Assembly: GCA_029012085.1 (NCBI GenBank)
Contig: JAQXLK010000156.1
Location: 1-56,389 of the forward strand
Reading direction: 5' to 3'
DNA: 56,389 bases
Source of the DNA: Clostridiales bacterium
GTDB lineage: Bacteria > Bacillota > Clostridia > Lachnospirales > Lachnospiraceae
Under the pieces are notes generated by a model. The model was not told the origin of the DNA, did not search any database, and was given only the letters and a program-made list of their open reading frames with translations. Numbering within the stretch: the stretch's first letter is position 1; the number at the start of each line of letters is the position of its first letter. This document shows positions 8,661 to 17,400 of this stretch, piece by piece. The translations under genes and the position numbers were made by a program.

Positions 8661-10613
8661 ATGAATACAAAAGAATCTTTAGTATTTACCAATGATAACT
8701 GCATCGGCTGTAACAAATGTATTAACTCCTGCAGTTGTATCGGCGCGAATGTTTCATGCGAAAAAGACGGAAAGAACCGAATTGATGTAAGTGGTGACAA
8801 ATGCATCGCCTGCGGTGCGTGTTTTGATGCTTGTGAACACAATGCCAGAGAATTCAGAGATGATACAGAAGAATTCTTTGCTGCATTAAAGAGGGGAGAA
8901 AAAATATCCGTCCTGATTGCACCTGCTTTCAAAGCAAATTATCCAAAGGAATATGAGAAGGTACTCGGTGGTCTGAAAGCTGCCGGTGTGAATCGCTTTA
9001 TCAGTGTATCATTTGGAGCAGATATTACGACCTGGGGCTACTTAAACTACATTGCCCAGAACAACTTTACAGGTGGAATTTCCCAGCCTTGCCCGGCTGT
9101 CGTCGGATATATCGAACGTTATACACCGGAATTAATTCCAAAACTCTTCCCGGTTCAGAGTCCTTTGATGTGTGCGGCTATTTACTGCCGTAAGGTACTG
9201 CATCTCACAGACAAGCTTGCCTTTATCAGTCCTTGTATTGCCAAGAAAATGGAGATTATGGAGCCTGAAAATGAAGGTCTTGTACAGTATAACGTAACCT
9301 TCGACCATTTAATGAAGTACGTAAGAGCAAATCACATTTCCGGTGACTTTTGTACCGATGAGATCGAATATGGTTTAGGCTCGATTTATCCAACTCCAGG
9401 CGGTCTTAAGGAAAATGTATACTGGTTCTTAGGTGAAAGTGTATTCATCCGTCAGATTGAAGGCGAAAAACACATGTATGAATGGCTTTTACATAATAAG
9501 GAACGAATTGAAAAAAGCCAGACACCATTCCTGTTCATTGATGCACTAAACTGTTCGAACGGCTGTATCTGTGGTACTGCAACAGAACCGGAGCTTTCCA
9601 ATACAGACAATGCACTCTATGCACTGCTTGAAATACGGGAACAGTCTAAAAAAGACAACAAAGCCAGTGCCTGGTCAAAGAAACTGACACCAGCTCAGAG
9701 ACTTAAAAAGTTTAACCAACAGTTTAAGGATCTGGATTTAAATGATTATTTAAGAACCTACACGGATATGTCTAATACTTACGTATGTAACAAGCCATCC
9801 AAAAATGAGCTTACATCCATCTACCATGATATGTTAAAGGATACCCCGGCGGAACAGTGTATTAACTGCACCTGCTGTGGATATAATACCTGTGAAGAAA
9901 TGGCTTTGGCCATTCATAATGGTTTTAACCGCAAAGAAAACTGTATCCACTATATCCGTAAACAGGTTGAAATTGAAAAAGAACATGCTCTTTCGCTGGC
10001 AAATGAGAACGAAGCAGAAAAGCACAAAGTACAACAGCAGCAAGAGATTATCATTAACACAGTTGCCCAGTTGAATGAGGAGTTCGATACTTTGCATGCT
10101 GCAATCGAAAACATGGCAGCCGGCAACAGCAATAATGCAACAGAGAGCAACGAAATTGCAGCCAGTGTGAATGAAATAAACACCTTCTGCAACCAGTTAA
10201 ATGAGTCCCTTTCCGGAATTAATAATCTGTTGGAAGAATTAACCGGCAATAATGAACAGGTGGTATCCATTGCTTCCCAAACAAATCTCTTAGCACTAAA
10301 TGCATCCATTGAAGCAGCAAGAGCAGGGGAAGCCGGCAGAGGCTTTGCCATCGTAGCAGACCAGATTAATGTACTTGCTACTGACTCCAGAAATACCGCT
10401 GCCCAAAGCAGTGAAAGCCAGTCAAAGATTTCTGGTTCTGTATCTTCCATTATCGAAGATACCCAGACGCTACTCAATACCATATCTGAAATCAACGAAA
10501 GAATTGAAGGATTTGCTGCTGTTACTGAAGAAATTGCTGCATCAACAGAACAAATTTCAGCAGCTACAGAGAATATGCGGCGCGAACTTTCCGAATTAGC
10601 TGCAATCAACTGA
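8661..10613 (+). CDS. Soluble methyl-accepting chemotaxis protein with N-terminal 2x[4Fe-4S] ferredoxin and [FeFe]-hydrogenase-like H-domain sensor
   Basis: [11 protein letters not shown] and [11 protein letters not shown] ferredoxin motifs. H-cluster-like motifs are [11 protein letters not shown] (L1-like, C144), [11 protein letters not shown] (L2-like, C192) and [13 protein letters not shown] (L3-like, C298/C302). An extra Cys cluster is [12 protein letters not shown]-x16-C (9858-9944). The MCP signalling core is [30 protein letters not shown]. No TM helix is present. Confidence 0.85.
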   Translation: MNTKESLVFTNDNCIGCNKCINSCSCIGANVSCEKDGKNRIDVSGDKCIACGACFDACEHNAREFRDDTEEFFAALKRGEKISVLIAPAFKANYPKEYEKVLGGLKAAGVNRFISVSFGADITTWGYLNYIAQNNFTGGISQPCPAVVGYIERYTPELIPKLFPVQSPLMCAAIYCRKVLHLTDKLAFISPCIAKKMEIMEPENEGLVQYNVTFDHLMKYVRANHISGDFCTDEIEYGLGSIYPTPGGLKENVYWFLGESVFIRQIEGEKHMYEWLLHNKERIEKSQTPFLFIDALNCSNGCICGTATEPELSNTDNALYALLEIREQSKKDNKASAWSKKLTPAQRLKKFNQQFKDLDLNDYLRTYTDMSNTYVCNKPSKNELTSIYHDMLKDTPAEQCINCTCCGYNTCEEMALAIHNGFNRKENCIHYIRKQVEIEKEHALSLANENEAEKHKVQQQQEIIINTVAQLNEEFDTLHAAIENMAAGNSNNATESNEIAASVNEINTFCNQLNESLSGINNLLEELTGNNEQVVSIASQTNLLALNASIEAARAGEAGRGFAIVADQINVLATDSRNTAAQSSESQSKISGSVSSIIEDTQTLLNTISEINERIEGFAAVTEEIAASTEQISAATENMRRELSELAAIN

Positions 10614-10649
10614 TATATCCTTATCACTACAATACCGATAACCACAAAA

Positions 10650-10690
10650 GGCTGTCCACGAGTTTTACACCTCGTGGGACAGCCTTTTTT
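10650..10690 (+). terminator. Intrinsic terminator of the hydrogenase-like MCP gene
   Basis: Stem ggctgtccacgag pairs with ctcgtgggacagcc (one bulge), followed by TTTTTT. Confidence 0.8.
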
Positions 10691-10697
10691 ACCGAAT

Positions 10698-10744
10698 AGA
10701 ATACTGTATTCTGCATATACTAGTATAGTGAATAATTAATATTC
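10698..10744 (+). promoter_or_regulatory. Three short palindromes upstream of the SOD gene (candidate Fur/PerR-type operators)
   Basis: AGAATAC-T-GTATTCT (10698-10712, 7-1-7 layout), TATACTAGTATA (10716-10727, perfect) and GAATA-ATTAA-TATTC (10730-10744). They lie within 90 nt of the sod start codon. Confidence 0.3.
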
Positions 10745-10782
10745 GCTATACTGGATAACGGTATTATAGAAAGGAGTACATT

Positions 10783-11406
10783 ATGCAGTATCCATTTAAA
10801 GTCGAACCTTTACCTTACGAATATGATGCCTTAGAACCTTATCTTTGCAAAGAAATCTTACATCTTCACCACGATAAACATTATGCAGGATATGTTTTAA
10901 AGCTAAATGAAATTTTAAAAAACTATCCCAACCTTCAAAACATGACATTAGACGAACTTCTAATTAAAACAGATGAGTTACCAAATGAAGCAAAAACTGC
11001 TATTCGTAATCAGGCCGGCGGTGTATATAACCATCAGCTCTATTTTGCCGGTATGAATAATGTAGAATGTGAAATACCCACAGACCGTTTAGCCCTTGCC
11101 ATCAACAGCTCCTTCGGCTCCATTGAGCAGTTTCGGGCAGAGCTTACTGCTGCCGCCGTTAATCAATTTGGTTCCGGCTATGCCTGGCTGATTTTAAGCA
11201 ACGGCAAACTGGAGATTATTGCAACTCCAAACCAGGACACTCCTCTTTCCCTAACCGTTACTCCCCTTTTATGTATTGATGTCTGGGAACATGCCTATTA
11301 TCTGCAATATCAAAACCGCCGTGCAGACTATGTAGAAAACTGGTTTAACCTGATTAACTGGGACTTTGTAGGCTCCCGTTATATGTCACTTATGAAAGAA
11401 AGTTAA
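10783..11406 (+). CDS. Fe/Mn-family superoxide dismutase
   Basis: LPYEYDALEPY, HHDKHH-type motif (LHHDKHY) and DVWEHAYYLQYQNRR; 207 aa. Confidence 0.95.
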   Translation: MQYPFKVEPLPYEYDALEPYLCKEILHLHHDKHYAGYVLKLNEILKNYPNLQNMTLDELLIKTDELPNEAKTAIRNQAGGVYNHQLYFAGMNNVECEIPTDRLALAINSSFGSIEQFRAELTAAAVNQFGSGYAWLILSNGKLEIIATPNQDTPLSLTVTPLLCIDVWEHAYYLQYQNRRADYVENWFNLINWDFVGSRYMSLMKES

Positions 11407-11484
11407 AAATCTGATACAACGCTATGAATCAATTCGTCAAATAAAACTGTCAAAAAATTTTCTTAGCTCCGGCAAATGAGACCG

Positions 11485-12702
11485 TCAAAGAAGTTTTCTT
11501 AAATCCGGCAGCATTTCAATGCTTCGTGCCAGGATTCCATTCATATAGGCAATGGCAATTCCATAATTTGTAAAAGGGATTGCCTGATCCATAGCGCATT
11601 TCATGCGGTAACGTACTTCTCTCTCATTCAGCATACAGGCACCGCAGTGAACCACCAGCTTGTATCCTGACAAATCATCGGGAAATTCCGTGCCCGAGCA
11701 AAATTCAAACTGCACTTCCTTTCCGGTATAGTTACGAATCCAGTTTGGAAGTTTCACAGTTCCAATATCCTCACACTGTCGGTGATGGGTACATCCCTCG
11801 GAAATCAGAATCCTATCTCCGTCCTGCAGCCGGTTCAGTGCCGTCACTCCCTTCACAGCAGTATCTAAATAACCTTTCCATCTTGCCATCAGAATAGAAA
11901 ATGAGGTTAACAAAATATCCTCCGGTACCTCTTTCGATACTCTTGCAAATGCCTGACTGTCCGTAATCACCATATACGGTTTTTCGCCTAATTTTTGAAG
12001 TGTTTCCTTCAATTCCGTATCTTTTACCACAACCGAAACCGCCCCTGCCTCTAAAATATCTCTTATCACCTGCTGCTGTGGCAGGATTAGTCTTCCCTTC
12101 GGTGCAGAAGAATCAATGGGAACTACCAGAACAATCAAATCCATAGGATGAATCAAATCTGCTACAATCTGAAAACGACTATCATCCGTTTTTACGAAAT
12201 GGGCAATCTTTTCCTTTAATTCGTTCACATTTTTCTTATTGATTGCACTGACAAAAATTGTGTTCCCATCCTCATCTTGTGTTTTGGAATAATACTCTTC
12301 CTTTAACCCCAAATCCACTTTATTATATACCACCAGATACGGAACTTCTTTTGCCTCAAATAACTTCATCAATTCCTTATCTTCCTTCCAAACCCCTTCT
12401 GTACCATCCACTACAAGAACAGCTATATCCGTCTTATTCAATACCTGCTTTGTTTTCTTAATTCGAAGTTCGCCCAATTCCCCTTCATCATCAATTCCCG
12501 GTGTATCTATAATCATAACCGGTCCCAGTGGCAAAAGTTCCATCGCTTTATAAACCGGGTCTGTTGTCGTTCCTTTTGTATCTGACACCACAGCAAGTTC
12601 CTGACCAGTAACTGCATTTACAAGGCTGGACTTTCCTGCATTTCTTCTTCCAAAAAATCCGATATGAATCCGATTACCGGATGGTGTATCATTAAAACCC
12701 AT
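11485..12702 (-). CDS. hydF: [FeFe]-hydrogenase H-cluster maturation GTPase HydF
   Basis: G1 GRRNAGKSSL, G3 DTPG and G4 NKVD. The C-terminal cluster-binding pattern is EGCTHHRQ...VVHCGACM (CxH...HCxxC). Confidence 0.9.
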   Translation of the reverse strand: MGFNDTPSGNRIHIGFFGRRNAGKSSLVNAVTGQELAVVSDTKGTTTDPVYKAMELLPLGPVMIIDTPGIDDEGELGELRIKKTKQVLNKTDIAVLVVDGTEGVWKEDKELMKLFEAKEVPYLVVYNKVDLGLKEEYYSKTQDEDGNTIFVSAINKKNVNELKEKIAHFVKTDDSRFQIVADLIHPMDLIVLVVPIDSSAPKGRLILPQQQVIRDILEAGAVSVVVKDTELKETLQKLGEKPYMVITDSQAFARVSKEVPEDILLTSFSILMARWKGYLDTAVKGVTALNRLQDGDRILISEGCTHHRQCEDIGTVKLPNWIRNYTGKEVQFEFCSGTEFPDDLSGYKLVVHCGACMLNEREVRYRMKCAMDQAIPFTNYGIAIAYMNGILARSIEMLPDLRKLL

Positions 12703-12939
12703 ATTGCAAATCCTCCTTTTATGCTTCCACTATACCACAACAAACACCCTGTGGCACAAAACTTTTTTCGTCTTTTTCCCGAATATTTATAATATTTTAA
12801 GATTTTTATTTTCTTTTTGTCACGAATTTATGCTATACTATGAGTACTTAATGAGCGCGAGTCCATGACGAAGCGCGAATTTAGTACGAATGTACACCCG
12901 AGACCTTGATATCATTACATAAAGAAATGAGGTATATAT

Positions 12940-14358
12940 ATGGACGAAAATGAAGAATTTACCGGTGAAGAATTCGGAGAATCTGGATTTTCAGAGTTCG
13001 AATCAATAGAACCTGAATTTTCACAACCAGAATTTACAGGAGGCGCTTTTACTGAATCTTCATTTATAGGAGTGGAAACAACAGAAACAGATTTTACTGC
13101 AACCAATTTTGCAGATGTGGGAGTTACCGGGACTGAATTTACCGCTGCAGAATTCCCAAAAGCTGAATTTACAAAAGATGACTCCTCGCAGGCAGAATTA
13201 ACAGAAGCCGAATTAAGACGGCGACGGGAAATAGCCCGCAGAAGGAAGCTTGCCGCAAGAGAGCGCCGCAGAAAAAGAAGACGACAGGAGGCAATTTTCC
13301 GCTGCAGTATTTTGCTGATTATCGTTATTTTACTAATTGTTGGAATTATCAAAGGAATTTCCGGCATATGTAAACATTTTCATAATAAGAAGGAAAGCGA
13401 CAAGGTATCGGAAAATATAATAGAACCAACATCTACGGAAGCTACAACAGAAGAATTCAAAGTAGATAAGTCTATTCTTGCTTTAGAAATGCCTGCCGAC
13501 CGGGATTCTGCCATTGCTGTAATTAAAGTACGTGCTGCCACTACCAAGGATACCGACCTTGCAAATATTTGTGATAATGCAGCAGTGTACTCAGACCGTG
13601 TACTGATGAACTTAGCAGCGAATCCGGAGTTAAAACAGTTTACGATGGATTATCTGACGAAAGTTAACATTGCCTACGATGGTGAATTTACGATGGATGT
13701 TTCCACTGATGAAGTTCCTTTACTGTTACAATACGATGAACAGTGGGGATATGCAGACTATGGTAACAATTTGCTGGCATATAGCGGATCTGCCCCAACC
13801 TGCCTTGCAATGGCTGCCACCTATCTTAAGAAGGATACTGCTTATAATCCAATTAAGATTGGAGATTTTGCTATGGCAAACAATTATTTAGACGAAAATA
13901 ACAAAACTTCATGGGATCTTATGACAAAAGGAACCGCCAAGCTTGGCCTTAGCTGCAACGAAATGTCTGTAAACGAAGGCAATATCAAGGCAAACTTAGA
14001 TGAAGGACGAGTAATTATATGCTGTATGCAGTCCGGTGATTTTACACAGGATGAACACTATATTGTAATCCGTGGTTACGATGGACATAATTTCCTTATA
14101 AACGACCCTGCCAGTCAGGCACGAAGCGAAATCACCTGGCCATTTGAACGATTGAGCTCTCAGATAAAAAATATGTGGGCAATTGGCAGCGACGGACCTG
14201 CTGTTACTCCAGAAGATAATACAGATAACGGAAATAATGATAACAGCACCACTATCAATACATCTGCCGGTGATTCAAGCAATGCTGACACAGGCAATGA
14301 TACTACTGGTACGAATAACAGCAATAACTCAACAAATAATAACAGTAATCCAAATTAA
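12940..14358 (+). CDS. Single-pass membrane protein with extracellular C39-like cysteine peptidase domain
   Basis: N-terminal acidic (D/E)F(T/S) repeats, an Arg-rich stretch, and a TM helix (ILLIIVILLIVGII). The C39_2-like core is LLLQYDEQWGYADYGNNLLAYSGSAPTCLAMAATYL...DEHYIVIRGYDGHNFLINDP. The tail is Asn/Thr-rich and low-complexity. Confidence 0.7.
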   Translation: MDENEEFTGEEFGESGFSEFESIEPEFSQPEFTGGAFTESSFIGVETTETDFTATNFADVGVTGTEFTAAEFPKAEFTKDDSSQAELTEAELRRRREIARRRKLAARERRRKRRRQEAIFRCSILLIIVILLIVGIIKGISGICKHFHNKKESDKVSENIIEPTSTEATTEEFKVDKSILALEMPADRDSAIAVIKVRAATTKDTDLANICDNAAVYSDRVLMNLAANPELKQFTMDYLTKVNIAYDGEFTMDVSTDEVPLLLQYDEQWGYADYGNNLLAYSGSAPTCLAMAATYLKKDTAYNPIKIGDFAMANNYLDENNKTSWDLMTKGTAKLGLSCNEMSVNEGNIKANLDEGRVIICCMQSGDFTQDEHYIVIRGYDGHNFLINDPASQARSEITWPFERLSSQIKNMWAIGSDGPAVTPEDNTDNGNNDNSTTINTSAGDSSNADTGNDTTGTNNSNNSTNNNSNPN

Positions 14359-14382
14359 AAAATTGCTGTATCACGAAACGAA

Positions 14383-14420
14383 GGGCAGAACCAAATCGGT
14401 TCTGCCCTTCTTGTGTTTCG
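14383..14420. terminator. Bidirectional intrinsic terminator between convergent genes
   Basis: Stem gggcagaacc (14383-14392) pairs with ggttctgccc (14398-14407), followed by a T-rich tail ttcttgtgtttcggtttt. There is an A-rich region on the other side. Confidence 0.7.
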
Positions 14421-14428
14421 GTTTTCTA

Positions 14429-17400
14429 CTATTCAACCGTAACCTTTACTTCCTTTGTATATCCGTTTCTAGCATATACATAGATAATACAACTGCCTTT
14501 TCCGACTGCCTTAATTACACCCTTCTTAGATACCGTTGCAACCTTCTTATTATCCGTTGCAAAACGTAACTCTCTTGCGTGTTTATTATTAAGCGGTTTC
14601 TTCTTTTTGTCAACTAAGACTGTCTTTGCTTTAACTTTAGCAGTTTTACCTACTTTTAATGTGTAGGATTTCTTTTTCAGTGTAATATTCTTGACATTTG
14701 TCTGCTTGAAGTTCTTTCTACCAACAATATGTGCCATAATCGTCTTACCCAGTGTCACCTTCTTACCGTTTACCACCTTGTAAGCGACAACATATACCTT
14801 GTAGTTCTTCTTTAAATCTAATTTCTTACCATTTACTTTCTTAATGGTTATCTTCGTCACTTTTCCACTCTTAACCTGATTCAGTGACTTTGAAGTAAAC
14901 TTCTTTCCACAATACTGTACATAGACGCGATAACCATCCGCACCGGCAACCTCACCCCACTGTACATTGATATTGCTTCCCGTCTGGCTTACCTTCAAGC
15001 CTGCATTCATTGCCAACTCATTCTTTTCCTGTTGCTTCTTGTATGCCGGGTCGGTCACCTTGGTTCTGCTGATTTCGCCCTTACATCCATCTACTACACA
15101 ATAGTACACTTCATCATGAGAGCCATCTGTTGTTTCAGTTGGAGCAACCTGGTTCTCAATAACAGGCTCTCCCTGTAGTTTCTTGTGATCTTCAATCGTT
15201 AAGATTCCAGCTTCCACTGTAATATTATAATTTGGATTAGCACTTTGGTCAACCGTTGCTGTAATCTTGTAGGTTCCGGCTGTCTCGCCCATCTCCCTAC
15301 TAAACGTAATACCCTTTAAATCATCATCCTTTGCCTTCGTACCATTTGTTACACTATAAGTGAACTTTGGATCTGCACTTCCGATATGCTTCGTAGCATT
15401 ATCCGGTTTAATTGTAATTTTTGCCGGATAAATGGTGAATGGTACCTTAGCACTATCCAATATATTACCATTATCATCCGAAACCTTTATATATGCTATA
15501 TATTCTCCGGCATCTTTTGGTGCCTCTGTTGTATAGCTGCTATCAGGCTCTTCCTTTTTCTTGTACTCTATTGTCAGAGTAGCATTGTCCGGTATATCCT
15601 GATAAACAGGTTTCTCTACTGCGTCGCCATCATAGTCTTTTGATAGATCATCAGGAATTACAATATCTGTTCCCTTCGTAATCTTCAATGTTCCCTTTTG
15701 AACGGTAATCTGATAATTCGGGTTCGCATTTTCATTTGCCGTTACTATAATATCATACTCTCCGGCTTCCGAATTCTGCGTTGCACTGCAGCTGCAGCTG
15801 ATTCCCTGCAATTCTTCACCGCTTTCCGGTTTTCCTTCTACCGTATATTCGTATGTTGTCGGAATTGTATCTCCCTTTTTCAGCGTTACATCCTTTGCTT
15901 TGACCGTTACCTGCTTTGGACGAATCGTAAATTCTACAGGAGCAGAAGTTTTATCTGCTTCACCTTCCTGGCCGGCAGGTATGCGTACACGCACTTCATA
16001 TTCTCCGGCATCCTTTGGTGCCTGCTCTGTATAGCTGCTATCCGGATCTCCCTTTTTCTTATACTCTGCTATAGGGGTAGTACCCTGTGGTTCACCGGTA
16101 TACGTTGGGGTTCCAACCGGTTGTCCATCGTAATCCTTTGAAAGATCACCAGTGATTACAATAGCTGCTCCATTTGTAATCTTCAATTTCCCATTTTGAA
16201 CAGTAATTTGATAATTCGGGTTAACATTTTTATTTGCCGTTACTATAATATCATACTCTCCAGCTTCCGAATTCTGCGTTGCACTGCAGCTGCAGCTAAT
16301 TCCCTGCAGCTCTGCACCATTTTCCGGTTTGCCTTCTACTGTATATTCGTATGTTGTCGGAACTGCATCTCCCTTTGTCAGCGTTACATCCTTTGCCTTA
16401 ACCGTAACCTGTGCTTTTTCAATCGTTGCAGTAACATTATCCGGATACATTACCTCATAGTTAGCAGGATTGGTTCCAGACTTTCCGGTTACCTCTGCAT
16501 TCGTTTTGTCAATCGTTACAGGCTTATTTGTTCCTGCATTTGGATTTTCAAATGTTCCTGTTACTCCGGTTATATTAAGTTCTTCTCCCTCAATTCCGGT
16601 AGGAACCCACGCAGTTACTTCTGCATTTTTTGTTCCATCATATGATTTATTTGGTACTGTTATAGTAGCCGTTACCTGCTTTGGACGAATCGTAAAGTCC
16701 ACAGGTTCAGAAGTTTGCGACGTTCCTCCTGCCTGCTCATCAAGTATGCGCACACGCACTTGATACTCTCCGGCATCCTTTGGTGGCTGCTCTGTATAGC
16801 TGCTATCCGGATCTCCCTTTTTCTTATACTCTGCTATAGGAGTAGCACCCTGTGGTTCACCGGTATATGTTGGATTCCCTACCGGTTGTCCATCATAATC
16901 TTTTGATGGAGCATTGGTTATCCTCAAACCTGTATCATCTGCCGGATAAATCTCAAAGTTATCACTTGCTACATAAGCGTTATACAAATCTGTTTCTGGA
17001 AATGTTGCCGTTACTTTATAACTTCCTACTGCTGTCGGCTTTCCCCTTAATTCATTTCCACTGGCATCATAATATACAAGGCTGACATTTTCTGTGCCGT
17101 TTGTTCTACTCGAATACTCAACATTATAAGCCGTACCGAAACGACTATCTGGTGCCTCAACAACCCCAGTACCGTTTCCTTTTTCTACTGTTAACTTTGC
17201 AGTTGCTTCTCCTTTTTTGTAGTCACCTAGTGCTTCTGTACTGACCTTGATGACAAACTCACCAACACTCGTAACTGTTAGTTTGTTACCAGTACCTATG
17301 GTTCCCTCACCTGTTTTCTGTATTATACTATAAGAAGCTACACCTGCATTCCCATCTAATGTAAATAAAGAAGTAATATCAATCGTATTCCCATCATATC

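Noticed and set aside
9950-10645. 231-aa minus-strand ORF antisense to the MCP signalling domain. Similar antisense ORFs occur at 48330..48611 and 48759..49010.
   Set aside because: MCP coiled-coil regions are rich in Ala, Ser and Glu codons and typically leave the opposite strand open. The sense-strand gene has the invariant MCP core motif.
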